The position numbers were made by a program, and so were the translations under genes. Below the pieces are notes generated by a model. It ran no database searches. It was not told the origin of the DNA and saw only the letters and a program-made list of their open reading frames with translations. Shown one piece after another: positions 1 through 9,624 of a stretch of DNA of 64,000 bases (position 1 is the first letter of the stretch; every line of letters starts with the position of its first letter). Origin of the DNA: a bacterium (GTDB lineage Bacteria > SZUA-182 > DTGQ01 > JBLIRR01); NCBI GenBank assembly GCA_049472395.1, contig JBLIRR010000001.1:197940-261939 (forward strand). The letters run 5' to 3'.

Positions 1-2
1 CG

Positions 3-296
3 AAGGAAGCAGTGAATCGAGCCCTCGCCTATTCTTTCCGTGACAGAAAGGTGAGAAAAAGAAATTTCAGGCGATTATGGATTATCCGTATAAACGCTGC
101 TCTTACTACAATGGGATTGAGTTATAGTAAATTTATGGATGGATTAAACAAGGCAGGCATAAAAATCAATCGAAAGATCCTTGCGAATATGGCAATGACA
201 GATCCTTCTGCATTTTCCGAATTGGTGAAGCATGTAAAAGAGATGAGCAGTGCAGGAAAACGTGACACGATAAGAGAACTCGCCAGAATAAAATAG
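3..296 (+). CDS. rplT: 50S ribosomal protein L20, 5' end lies outside the window
   Basis: Translation has the [16 protein letters not shown] and GLSYSKF motifs of L20. There is no stop upstream of the first in-window Met back to position 3. Confidence 0.85.
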   Translation, partial: KEAVNRALAYSFRDRKVRKRNFRRLWIIRINAALTTMGLSYSKFMDGLNKAGIKINRKILANMAMTDPSAFSELVKHVKEMSSAGKRDTIRELARIK

Positions 297-312
297 GTAG
301 AATCTTTGCCTA

Positions 313-342
313 TTGACAGTCGCATTTTAAAGGATGTATTAT
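313..342 (+). promoter_or_regulatory. sigma-70-like promoter candidate (TTGACA-18-TATTAT) upstream of the zapB-like gene
   Basis: TTGACA at 313-318 and TATTAT at about 337-342, read directly from the sequence. Confidence 0.3.
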
Positions 343-472
343 TATCTAAATATAGTATATATCGAGTACCAAGGAAATTAAATAGCCGTCAGGGTTTAAG
401 GGGTATCTCCTGCGCGCCATATGCGCTGTGTGGTCACAATGAAAGTGCTGAAAAATAAGCGAGTCCTATGTA

Positions 473-742
473 ATGCACAACCACGAAAAATTTCATCAAA
501 CCAAGGAAGATCAAACAATTGCACGGCTCACCGTAATAGAGCAAAAAATAGGAAAAATCGTGGAAGAGCTAAGATTGTTGCGACAGGAAAACCACTTCAT
601 GAAAAAAAAATTAGCAGAGAATAGAAAAAATCAAGAAAACTTTTTAAAAATTGAACGAGATAATCATCGCTTAAAAAATGAACATCAACAAATAGCCGAA
701 TATGTAAAAGATATGGGAAATAACCTAAAAGATATATTATAA
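473..742 (+). CDS. small coiled-coil protein, ZapB-like cell-division factor candidate
   Basis: 89-aa highly charged product with heptad-like repeats (IGKIVEELRLLRQEN, LKIERDNHRLKNEHQQ). It sits directly upstream of zapA. The start codon is uncertain. Confidence 0.4.
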   Translation: MHNHEKFHQTKEDQTIARLTVIEQKIGKIVEELRLLRQENHFMKKKLAENRKNQENFLKIERDNHRLKNEHQQIAEYVKDMGNNLKDIL

Positions 743-821
743 AATAAAAAATACCGACGTGAGCATTGATTTTTTTTTAAAAAAATTTATACTATATAAT
801 ATGTTCAAATAGAAGAAAAAA

Positions 822-1109
822 TTGATGAATAGAGCGACTCAATTAACAGAAGTTATAATATTAGATGAAAAATATACTATTAGAAGTGAGGCAAATTCCG
901 AAGAAGTAAAAAGAGTAGCTCATTATTTGGACACCAAGCTTAAGGAGATAAGGCAGAAATTACCAAATATTTCTCTTGTAAAGGCGGTAATTTTAGCTGC
1001 TTTTTATAATATAGAAGAGCTTTTTGAAACTAAAGCTCAACTAAAAGAAACCAAAAAAATAATGGAGGACAAGACAAAAAATATTCTAAAAATGTTAGAA
1101 GATGTATAA
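822..1109 (+). CDS. zapA: cell division protein ZapA
   Basis: 95-aa product of ZapA length and pattern (N-terminal beta region followed by a coiled coil). A 6S-like RNA lies downstream, matching E. coli zapA-ssrS synteny. Confidence 0.65.
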   Translation: MMNRATQLTEVIILDEKYTIRSEANSEEVKRVAHYLDTKLKEIRQKLPNISLVKAVILAAFYNIEELFETKAQLKETKKIMEDKTKNILKMLEDV

Positions 1110-1239
1110 GGGACGTGGCTGATTATTTTTTTACTTCAGACTCTTTATATTTTATGGAGGCTGATTAATATAGATTTTAAAATTATATGTATATACACAC
1201 AAATTATTGTTTTTATTTATATAAAGATTAAAGAAAGAA

Positions 1240-1425
1240 TAAGAATCCCTGCCGTGTTCGTGATGGAGAGTTTAGTTTGATCCAACAGTATATTATGAGG
1301 GAGTCTGTGTTTGGGTATAACAAACAGGTCTAGAAAGGTAGAAAGTTTAGACTATCCAGCAGGACACCCACCTGGAAACAGGGTTCAAATATACGCTTCA
1401 CACGGCACAGCGCGGGGAACATTAT
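1240..1425 (+). ncRNA. ssrS: 6S RNA (SsrS) candidate
   Basis: About 185-nt non-coding gap between zapA and rny. The 5' segment CCCTGCCGTGTTCGTGA pairs with the 3' segment TCACACGGCACAGCGCGGGG to form a closing stem. The 3' part contains GGAAACAGGGTTCAAAT, resembling the E. coli 6S 3' region (AAGGGUUCAAGGGUU). Confidence 0.55.
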
Positions 1426-1526
1426 ATATATTAGTGTATTAGTTGTCTCATCACTATTTTCAATTCATTGCAATCAGCCATTTCCTATTAATAATTAAAG
1501 CTATTTAGTAATTAAAGGGGATGAGC

Positions 1527-3086
1527 ATGGATCAGCAATCAATTATTTTCATATTTATTTTTGGAATAATTGGCTTTATTGTAGGATATTTTTCGCGAAA
1601 AAAAATAGCTGAATCAAAGATAACGAGCGCCGAAGAAGTTTCCAAGAAGATTATATGCGATGCGGAGAAAGAAGTTGCGAATAAACGGCGCGAAATCGAT
1701 CTTGAGGTAAAAGATCAGTTATTTAAGGCACGGGCTGAGTTTGAAAAAGAAACAAAAGAACGTACACATGAACTCCAGAACAAAGAAAAAAGATTTGCTC
1801 AAAAGGAGGAAAATTTAGATCGTAAGCTGGACTTATTGGAAAGAAAAGAAGCAGAACTAAATAATCGCCTTACCCAGACTACGAACTTAAAAAACAAACT
1901 CAAACAACAAGATGCAGAATATCAACGGTTAATTGCTGATGAGTTAAAAAAATTAGAGCGTATTTCTGGTATGACCTCTCAAGAAGCAAAAAATATTCTC
2001 CTTGTGCATATGGAATCGGAAGCACGGCATGAAGCTGTCAGGATGGTAAAGGCGATTGAAGATGAAGCCAGAGAATCGGCGAAAAAGAAAGCTGCCGAAA
2101 TTTTAAGCCTGGCTATCCAGCGATATGCCGCTGATCATGTGCTCGAGACAACTGTGTCTGTTGTTGATCTTCCAAATAATGAGATAAAGGGAAGAATAAT
2201 CGGCCGTGAAGGCAGGAATATTCGCGCATTAGAGATGGCGACTGGAATTGACTTAATTATTGATGACACACCGGAAGCGGTTATTCTCTCAGGATTTGAT
2301 CCCATCCGACGACAGGTCGCCAAAAATGCCCTCGAGAAGTTGATTGTCGACGGCCGCATCCATCCAACCAGAATCGAAGAAGTCGTAGCTAAGTGCAATA
2401 AAGATTTAGAGAGTGCTATACGTGAGGAAGGGGAACAAGTAAGCTTTGAATTAGGTGTACATAATCTGCATCCGGACCTCATCAAATTAGTGGGCAGATT
2501 AAAATATCGCACAAGTTATGGTCAGAATGTATTGCAGCATTCAAAGGAAGTTGCGTTTTTAGCCGGAATTATGGCAGCGGAGCTGAGCATTGATGAGCAA
2601 ATGGCAAAACGCGCCGGGCTGCTGCATGATATCGGGAAGGCAGTTGATCACGAAGTAGAAGGCAGTCACCCCAAAATCGGTGCTGATTTAGCTAAAAGAT
2701 ATAACGAATCCAAAGAAATAATCAACGCTATTGTAGCCCATCATGAAGATGAAGAGCCCACAGGCATTATATCAATTCTGATACAGGCTGCTGATGCATT
2801 ATCAGCAGCCCGTCCAGGAGCACGGAAAGAAAGCCTTGAGGCCTATATTAAACGATTAGAGGGTCTTGAAAAAATTGCTCGGGAATTTAAGGGTGTCTCA
2901 AATACCTATGCAATCCAGGCCGGACGGGAAGTCCGTGTGATAATAGAGCCTTCTGATTTGCCTGAGGAAGAAATGCGGCATGTGGCAAAAGATATAACCA
3001 AAAAAATTGAAAAAGAAATGGAATATCCGGGTCAAATCAAAGTTACTTTAGTGCGTGAGAGCAGAGTAGTTGAATATGCCCGATAA
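1527..3086 (+). CDS. rny: ribonuclease Y (N-terminal TM helix, coiled coil, KH domain, HD domain)
   Basis: KH motif [23 protein letters not shown] and HD motif [12 protein letters not shown]. The ORF track starts at 1521, but the ATG at 1527 has better spacing to the AAAGGGG Shine-Dalgarno. Confidence 0.9.
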   Translation: MDQQSIIFIFIFGIIGFIVGYFSRKKIAESKITSAEEVSKKIICDAEKEVANKRREIDLEVKDQLFKARAEFEKETKERTHELQNKEKRFAQKEENLDRKLDLLERKEAELNNRLTQTTNLKNKLKQQDAEYQRLIADELKKLERISGMTSQEAKNILLVHMESEARHEAVRMVKAIEDEARESAKKKAAEILSLAIQRYAADHVLETTVSVVDLPNNEIKGRIIGREGRNIRALEMATGIDLIIDDTPEAVILSGFDPIRRQVAKNALEKLIVDGRIHPTRIEEVVAKCNKDLESAIREEGEQVSFELGVHNLHPDLIKLVGRLKYRTSYGQNVLQHSKEVAFLAGIMAAELSIDEQMAKRAGLLHDIGKAVDHEVEGSHPKIGADLAKRYNESKEIINAIVAHHEDEEPTGIISILIQAADALSAARPGARKESLEAYIKRLEGLEKIAREFKGVSNTYAIQAGREVRVIIEPSDLPEEEMRHVAKDITKKIEKEMEYPGQIKVTLVRESRVVEYAR

Positions 3087-3864
3087 AATAAAAATCCTTG
3101 TCATTGGAGATATAATTGGTAATAGCGGACGGCAGGTAATTAAAGAACTACTTCCCAGATTAATCACCCAGTACGAGATTGATCTTTGTATTGCAAATGG
3201 AGAAAATGTTGCGGGTGGGTTCGGTATCACTGAAAAACTTATTTGCGACCTATTAGAGCGTGGTATTGATATCCTGACATCCGGTAATCATATATGGGAT
3301 AAAAAAGAGTTAATTCCAATAATTAATACAATACCTTCTTTACTTATCCCGGCCAATTATCCACCCTCTGTCCCCGGATACCGCTTTGCAATCAAAGAGT
3401 ATAATGGGACGTGCATAGGAGTGATCAATCTGTGTGGCCGTGTCTTTATGAATAATTTTGATTGTCCTTTCCGCATAGCAGATGATATAATTGCTCAATT
3501 AAAACCTAAATGTCGTATAATAATCATCGATTTCCATGCTGAGGCCACATCAGAGAAGGTTGCGCTGGGTTGGTATTTAGATGGACGAGTCAGCGCCGTA
3601 ATAGGCACGCATACACATATTCAGACCGCTGATGCAAGAATCCTTCCTCATGGAACAGCCTATTTAACGGATGTGGGAATGACCGGGGCGTTTGATTCAG
3701 TTATCGGTATAGAAAAAAATGTCGCGCTTAAAAGATTTTTAACTCAAATGCCCCAAAAATTTCCTATGGCTAAACATGATCTGAGACTTAATGGTGCACT
3801 CATACACGTGAGCGGTGTAACTGGCTGTGCTGAAAAGATTATACCTCTTCAAATACCATTATAA
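3070..3864 (+). CDS. ymdB: YmdB-family metallophosphoesterase (2',3'-cyclic-nucleotide phosphodiesterase-like)
   Basis: ILVIGDIIG...[13 protein letters not shown]...GNHIWD motifs. It overlaps the rny stop by 17 nt, as in the conserved rny-ymdB pair. Confidence 0.8.
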   Translation: MNMPDKIKILVIGDIIGNSGRQVIKELLPRLITQYEIDLCIANGENVAGGFGITEKLICDLLERGIDILTSGNHIWDKKELIPIINTIPSLLIPANYPPSVPGYRFAIKEYNGTCIGVINLCGRVFMNNFDCPFRIADDIIAQLKPKCRIIIIDFHAEATSEKVALGWYLDGRVSAVIGTHTHIQTADARILPHGTAYLTDVGMTGAFDSVIGIEKNVALKRFLTQMPQKFPMAKHDLRLNGALIHVSGVTGCAEKIIPLQIPL

Positions 3865-3869
3865 TCAAT

Positions 3870-4349
3870 TTATCGTGTAATCTCCAATATCTCATATTCC
3901 TTAGTGCCTGAGGGGACAGTGATTTTTATTTCATCTCCCACTTCATGACCTAAAAGGGCTCTTCCTATAGGTGAAGTAGTGGAGATTATATTAAGTGAAA
4001 TATCAGCCTCGTATTCTGATAAAAGTCGATACGAGATTTCTTCATCTGTGTTTAAATCTACGAGCCGAACCGTTGTGCCGATATAGATTTTATTATCATC
4101 AGGTATATTTTCATCCTCAATGATCCTGGTCCGTGATATTAAATCACTCAGTTCGGCTATTTTCCCCTCTGTTTGCGCCTGGGCTTCCTTAGCCGCATCA
4201 TATTCAGCATTTTCACTCAGATCGCCATGGGCCCTTGCTTCAGCTAAATCCTTGATGACTTCCCTTCTTTTTTTATGCTTTAAATAATCAAGCTCCTTTT
4301 TTATTTTATTAAAACCCTCTCTTGTCAAATAAACCGATCTAATAGTCAA
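3870..4349 (-). CDS. greA: transcription elongation factor GreA
   Basis: 159 aa with the GDLSENAEYDAAKE coiled-coil finger and a C-terminal FKBP-like domain. Confidence 0.85.
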   Translation of the reverse strand: MTIRSVYLTREGFNKIKKELDYLKHKKRREVIKDLAEARAHGDLSENAEYDAAKEAQAQTEGKIAELSDLISRTRIIEDENIPDDNKIYIGTTVRLVDLNTDEEISYRLLSEYEADISLNIISTTSPIGRALLGHEVGDEIKITVPSGTKEYEILEITR

Positions 4350-4630
4350 TATGTTTCCCTCCTTTCATTTACCTATTAAATTCTTTTTACACTGTAATAG
4401 AAAAATAAGGCCTACTGGCTTGTTTTGATTAGAATTTTCTTATTATAATATGCATTTTCTCTCTATGCAAGTGATTTTGGAATTGCCGAATAACAAAGTT
4501 TATGTTATAACGTAATCATAAGATAAAGAGAGATGATATTTTAAAAAATGATAATAATTTTAAAATCTAATTTTCGGACAACATGATAATGGGTTTCAAA
4601 ATGTTTGATTTATTAAAAAGAGCATGAGAT

Positions 4631-6568
4631 ATGGACAATACGAGTGACAAATTTATTGTCCTTGGTACTGCAGGTCATATTGATCATGGAAAAACGACTC
4701 TCATTAAGGCCCTTACCGGTGTTGATTGTGACCGACTAAAGGAAGAAAAAAGAAGGGGAATCACCATTGAACTCGGATTCACTTCCTTACGCCTTCAAAA
4801 TCACCTTCACATTGGCATAATTGATGTGCCTGGCCATGAAAAATTTATTCATCATATGGTTGCGGGTGTAGGAGGAATAGATTGTGTATTGCTTGTTATT
4901 GCGGCCGATGAAGGTGTAATGCCTCAAACAAAAGAACATTTGGATATCTGTGAATTACTCGGAATCAAAAAAGGAATCATTGCCCTGACAAAAATTGATC
5001 TTGTCTCCGACGAATGGCTTGAATTAGTTATAGATGATATCCGTTCTTCTACGCAAAAAAGCTTTCTTGCCAATGTCCCAATTATTCCGGTCAGTTCACA
5101 AACAAAACAGGGATTGGATACATTAATCCAAACCATTACTCAATTAGCCGAGCACATAATACCTAAAAGAGATGATGGTAATTTTCGTCTCCCTATCGAC
5201 AGGGTATTTACCATGAAGGGTTTTGGCACGGTAGTCACAGGGACGGTTTTAAATGGAAGAGCAGAAGTCGGGGAGGCATTAGAAATCTTGCCTCAAAAAA
5301 TACCTGTTAAAATAAGAGGATTACATGTTTTTAATAAAAAAACCGACCGTATAGTATCAGGACAGCGCGCAGCGATTAATTTACAAGGAATTGAGAAAAA
5401 TAAAATCGAACGGGGTAATGTAGTCGCCCTAGCCCATACGCTCAAAGCTTCTTATATTCTCAATACCCATATCTCATTAGTCCCTCACAGCCCCCCTCTA
5501 AAAAATCGAACAAGGATTAGATTTCATTCCGGAACGAATGAGATTTTAGGCAGAATCATTTTATTAGATAGAGAAAAGCTTAAGGGTGGGGAGGCTGCGT
5601 ATGTGCAAATTAGATTGGAAAAAAAAATAGCAGTCCTTCCTTTTGATAACTTCGTCATTCGCACCTATTCACCTATCATCCTTGCAGGCGGAGGGCATAT
5701 CGTAGAAAATATTGCAACAAAAAGCAAAGGGACGAAGCTAAAATCTCTGATAAACGATTTAATCCTTCTCGATGAGGGTTCAAATGAGGAAAAAATCGAA
5801 TACTATATCAAAAAAAGCGGGGAAGAATGCATTGATCTTAAGAATCTTATTATGAGGAGCAATAATACTCAACGGGAACTTATTGAAATCCTTAATCAAT
5901 TATTGCTTAAAAAACGAATTATCAGCATAGATCCTCTTGCCTATAAAGTTGTCCATACGAGCATATACGAAAAATTATGTAATAGCCTCACAGCCTTTCT
6001 TACTTATTATCACCAACAATTTCCTTTAAGTGCGGGAGTCTCCAGAAAAGAGTTAAAAGAGAAACTTTCCCCGAGCGTGGATTCAAAATTATACACTATG
6101 ATTATAGAGAATCTCCAAAAAAATAATCGAATCACTGTGGAAAAAGAACTGATTAAGTTACAAGGGTATAAAATTTCTCTGTCAGCCAAAGAGGAATCCC
6201 TCTATCAAGCTATCTTAAAGATATATAAAGATATGAGTATCCATCCCCCAAAACTTGAAGAGATCTGCTCTCAAATGAAGATTGCTCGACATGAAGCGGA
6301 AAAGCTTATTCAGCTATTAATAGACAGGGGAGAGGTAATCCGTATAAATGAAGATTTTTTATTTCATCATGCGGCTATAACTTCTATAAAGCATAAACTC
6401 TTCTCTTTTTTTAAGCACACAAAAGATATTAATATAAGCAAATTTAAAGACCTCATTGGAATATCCCGAAAATATGCCATCCCTCTTCTTGAGTTCTTTG
6501 ACACTGAAGGGATCACCTTACGAATCGGTGATAAACGGATCCCTAGGAATCTAAACGGGTGGGAATAA
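4631..6568 (+). CDS. selB: selenocysteine-specific translation elongation factor SelB
   Basis: GTPase motifs GTAGHIDHGKTTL, DVPGHEKF and TKID. The 645-aa length includes C-terminal winged-helix extensions typical of SelB. Confidence 0.85.
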   Translation: MDNTSDKFIVLGTAGHIDHGKTTLIKALTGVDCDRLKEEKRRGITIELGFTSLRLQNHLHIGIIDVPGHEKFIHHMVAGVGGIDCVLLVIAADEGVMPQTKEHLDICELLGIKKGIIALTKIDLVSDEWLELVIDDIRSSTQKSFLANVPIIPVSSQTKQGLDTLIQTITQLAEHIIPKRDDGNFRLPIDRVFTMKGFGTVVTGTVLNGRAEVGEALEILPQKIPVKIRGLHVFNKKTDRIVSGQRAAINLQGIEKNKIERGNVVALAHTLKASYILNTHISLVPHSPPLKNRTRIRFHSGTNEILGRIILLDREKLKGGEAAYVQIRLEKKIAVLPFDNFVIRTYSPIILAGGGHIVENIATKSKGTKLKSLINDLILLDEGSNEEKIEYYIKKSGEECIDLKNLIMRSNNTQRELIEILNQLLLKKRIISIDPLAYKVVHTSIYEKLCNSLTAFLTYYHQQFPLSAGVSRKELKEKLSPSVDSKLYTMIIENLQKNNRITVEKELIKLQGYKISLSAKEESLYQAILKIYKDMSIHPPKLEEICSQMKIARHEAEKLIQLLIDRGEVIRINEDFLFHHAAITSIKHKLFSFFKHTKDINISKFKDLIGISRKYAIPLLEFFDTEGITLRIGDKRIPRNLNGWE

Positions 6569-6600
6569 AGCATAGGAGATTTATTCCCACCATTTTTAAA
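6558..6600. terminator. hairpin plus T-run between convergent selB and the ferredoxin gene (bidirectional terminator candidate)
   Basis: GGTGGGAAT...ATTCCCACC forms a 9-bp stem overlapping the selB stop, followed by ATTTTTAAA. Confidence 0.4.
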
Positions 6601-6603
6601 TTA

Positions 6604-6774
6604 TTAATTTAACGTAATTGCATCATTAGGACACTCTTCAACACAAGAGCCGCAATCAACACAAGTATCGGCATCAACCGACGCTGTGTCATTGACTGTA
6701 ATAGCTTCAACCGGGCATGCATCAACGCATACTCCACATCCTGTACACTTATCCACATCTATTTCAGCTGGCAT
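6604..6774 (-). CDS. 2x[4Fe-4S] ferredoxin, 56 aa (absent from the ORF track because it is under 60 aa)
   Basis: Reverse-complement translation MPAEIDVDKCTGCGVCVDACPVEAITVNDTASVDADTCVDCGSCVEECPNDAITLN has two CxxCxxCxxxCP motifs. A strong Shine-Dalgarno GGAGGTGATATA precedes the ATG. Confidence 0.7.
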   Translation of the reverse strand: MPAEIDVDKCTGCGVCVDACPVEAITVNDTASVDADTCVDCGSCVEECPNDAITLN

Positions 6775-6983
6775 TATATCACCTCCTTAAATTGAATTAT
6801 CTGGCTTCTCAATTATAACTCCCTGCTCACGCGCCAATAAAGCGCTCATACCAATGATCCAAATCCTAAAAACTTACGTGTATATTATATGAACCGTAGG
6901 TAAAATTATCAATTAAAATAAATCTTACTATATAAAACATCTTTTTATTTTGTCAAGAGGTAGAGTAATTTAAATGTATTATT

Positions 6984-8615
6984 TTATCCCTGCCTCCATC
7001 CCAACCTTTTCAGTGCGCAATAGGCATTTAAACGAAGATACCAGTGAGAGCTCTCATGTAAAATTTCAAGCAAAGGATTAATAGCCTTCCTGGAGCCCAA
7101 TGAGCCTAGTGCCCGGGCAGCATTATATGCCACGTCAAAGTCTGAATCTTTAAGAGCTGCGATAAGGCTGTCACTAGCTTTTTTATACTCTATTTTCCGA
7201 AGAAAGATAATACCCCACTTTCGAATAAGCGGGTCCTTGTCCTTAAGCATGGAGACTATATCCGGAATATAGGGTGATAATATTTTTTCACTCTCTTCTC
7301 TTATCCCCTTCTCTACTATGGAAAAAATAGCTCCGGCACGGTCCCCTTCTCTCTTTCCCACGATTATTTCCATCTGTTCGGCTATAGTTAATTTTGAAGA
7401 GGGATGCGAGAACCCGATCCTTCCTGTAATCAGCAAAATTACCAGCAATATTACTGTCACTATAGTGACAAATAATGCATTCTGCGTGAGAAAAAACGAA
7501 TATATGGTCTGTACAAGTATCAAAAAAATAAGATAGATGAGTAAAATTAGAAAGAGTGGAAGAAGAAAAAAAAGTGATACTCGTATACAGAATCTTAAAA
7601 AATGTGTGCCATCGGTTTTTTTATCAAACTCATCTAAAAATGTCGTGACATCTGCCAAAAAGCTACCCGCATCAGTCTCTATCATCGCCTTCCCAAAAGT
7701 GGTCGATATCATTTGGATCGTGTCCCCCTCCTTTTTTAAAATGGAGTTTGAAGGGGCATCAGGGCCAGAAAAAATATCATGCCGTGCCAGTATCTTCTTA
7801 ATGGGCTCTGCTTCTTTACTCGTTCCAAAAGACTCATCTGTTTTAAGAGAAACCTGCAACTTTTTATTAAAAGATTTTATTACCTCTGCGGCATAGAGTG
7901 TATAGTGATAATAAAATTTATCTACTTTTTTCCCCCAGTGAGTTTTTAAAAGCATTTGATCTCGTATTCTGATAAAATCACGGGCAGATAAATATGAAGT
8001 AAATAAAAAATGAGTCAGGCTAAAAAAGATGACAAAACCTATGAAATAAATTAGAATATTCTTATAGTTATAATATGAATTAACCTCAAAAAAATAATAC
8101 CCTGTCAGAGAGCACACTATGGGTATAATGAAGAGAAAAATCCCGAATGGCCATAGCATTCTCCATCCGATACTCCTCACATAAAAAATTACTACACCAC
8201 ATAATAAAATAAAGAGGAAAGAGAATGCGTTTCTCACCCTCTGCGTATTCAATTCCCTCTCTTTACCATTAAGTTCCTCTGATACACGACCTTTTAACCG
8301 AAGGGATATACTACAGACCGCATCTGCCAGAAGTGTAAAGCTTACTATATACAAAATTCCCCACAATATACCATATGCTAATCCCACAGAGAGAGAGAAA
8401 AATAAACCAGCTTTAAAATAGGTAGCAGACGAGCTTTGTTCCTCCCTCAACCGCGTGCCAGGGACCCCGATATACCCATTCTTCTCAATCCATGCTTGCT
8501 CCTTCAACAACGACTTCGTGCTATTTCTTACGAGCACTGCTCCCATGAATTCGCCGGCAACACTACCGGCAATAGCGCACACAATCAGATACACAATGAG
8601 TCTTTTAAGGGTCAT
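6984..8615 (-). CDS. polytopic membrane protein with C-terminal HEAT/PBS-lyase-like repeats (hypothetical)
   Basis: Multiple hydrophobic helices. C-terminal repeats include LIAALKDSDFDVAYNAARALGSLGS and LEILHESSHWYLRLNAYCALKRLG. Confidence 0.5.
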   Translation of the reverse strand: MTLKRLIVYLIVCAIAGSVAGEFMGAVLVRNSTKSLLKEQAWIEKNGYIGVPGTRLREEQSSSATYFKAGLFFSLSVGLAYGILWGILYIVSFTLLADAVCSISLRLKGRVSEELNGKERELNTQRVRNAFSFLFILLCGVVIFYVRSIGWRMLWPFGIFLFIIPIVCSLTGYYFFEVNSYYNYKNILIYFIGFVIFFSLTHFLFTSYLSARDFIRIRDQMLLKTHWGKKVDKFYYHYTLYAAEVIKSFNKKLQVSLKTDESFGTSKEAEPIKKILARHDIFSGPDAPSNSILKKEGDTIQMISTTFGKAMIETDAGSFLADVTTFLDEFDKKTDGTHFLRFCIRVSLFFLLPLFLILLIYLIFLILVQTIYSFFLTQNALFVTIVTVILLVILLITGRIGFSHPSSKLTIAEQMEIIVGKREGDRAGAIFSIVEKGIREESEKILSPYIPDIVSMLKDKDPLIRKWGIIFLRKIEYKKASDSLIAALKDSDFDVAYNAARALGSLGSRKAINPLLEILHESSHWYLRLNAYCALKRLGWRQG

Positions 8616-9622
8616 AGCTGTCCTTTGAAACTCATTTGAGCTTCTCTATGCAATAATTCTTCTTTATTATGATAGCGCGGCGAAAAATGAAAGGGGATAA
8701 GTTCTTTGACCTTTGCGGATTGTGCTAATTTTCCCGCCTGATAAGCTGTGAGATGATAACGCTCCCGCGCTCTTTCCCGATCTTCTTCTAAAAAAGCAGC
8801 TTCGCAAAAAAAATACGTCGCACCCTCTATGAGTGAAAGAATCTTTTCAATATTTTCATGAGTATATGCTGCATCGACCACATAGGCAACCTTCTGTCCT
8901 TCAGTGATAATGACTAGTTCCTCTTTTATTTTTCCTAACGATAATATATCACTCGATGTATTCTTATCTCCTGCCTTCGTGGGGGTAATGAGATAACTAT
9001 CTGGCTTATTTTGTCGTATTGAGGTTTTAACCTCCTTTAACCAAGGCCCTATCGGCAGCCCCATCTTCATTAATTTATCTTTATTGATATTAATATGAAG
9101 ATTTTCCTCAAGGCAATACGCAAGTGAGGGGGTGAGGTGATCAAGTATGGCGCATGAGAGAGTAAAATCATCTTCTTTGAGCAATACCCCATTATAGTCC
9201 CTGTGAGCCTTTTCCATTCTCTTTTTAAATCCTTCGCTACAGAGAAAATTTGCCTTACGAAGATATGTTTCATTTACTTCATACACTTCTATACGAAAAG
9301 AATTCGTATAGTTTTTTACAAGGTTCCATGTATATGAAGATAATTTTCCCTCAACATTGCGAATAATGCCAGAGGGGCCGAAAATACGGAGTGTTTTTTC
9401 TCTTCCGAGAAAAATTCTAATGATATAATCAAGACCCATAAAATGGTCCATATGGGTATGAGATATGAATATATCGGTAATCCTATTAATATGCCGTATG
9501 GATAATGAGGAAACATCCCCTATATCAAATAAAAGGGCCCGTCGTTCAAAAAAAAAATCAACAAATAACGCAGGATCCTGAAATGGGCTGTTCACAAGTC
9601 GACATTGAAATATTTGAGTCAT
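8612..9622 (-). CDS. MBL-fold metallo-hydrolase, RNase Z-like
   Basis: FISHTHMDHFMGLD (HxHxDH) motif, with N-terminal LLFDIGDVS resembling RNase Z. It overlaps the downstream membrane-protein gene by 4 nt. Confidence 0.55.
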   Translation of the reverse strand: MTQIFQCRLVNSPFQDPALFVDFFFERRALLFDIGDVSSLSIRHINRITDIFISHTHMDHFMGLDYIIRIFLGREKTLRIFGPSGIIRNVEGKLSSYTWNLVKNYTNSFRIEVYEVNETYLRKANFLCSEGFKKRMEKAHRDYNGVLLKEDDFTLSCAILDHLTPSLAYCLEENLHININKDKLMKMGLPIGPWLKEVKTSIRQNKPDSYLITPTKAGDKNTSSDILSLGKIKEELVIITEGQKVAYVVDAAYTHENIEKILSLIEGATYFFCEAAFLEEDRERARERYHLTAYQAGKLAQSAKVKELIPFHFSPRYHNKEELLHREAQMSFKGQL

Positions 9623-9624
9623 GA

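Noticed and set aside
421-624. 67-aa ORF, Arg/Lys-rich, overlapping the start of the zapB-like gene.
   Set aside because: Basic low-complexity translation of an A-rich region in an alternative frame with no ribosome-binding site. The coiled-coil ORF in the other frame is more plausible.
770-790. T9-A7 homopolymer junction (TTTTTTTTTAAAAAAA) between the zapB-like gene and zapA, considered as a terminator or phase-variable tract.
   Set aside because: No GC-rich stem precedes the T-run and it lies in an intergenic AT-rich promoter region. It is probably just an intrinsically bent AT tract near the zapA -10 (TATACTATATAAT).
2135-2512. Antisense ORFs nested inside clear genes (for example 2135-2512, 7318-7896, 9782-10603, 42190-42588 and 43923-44223).
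   Set aside because: They lie entirely within strongly supported conserved genes on the opposite strand, have no Shine-Dalgarno and are low-complexity translations. They are treated as shadow ORFs.
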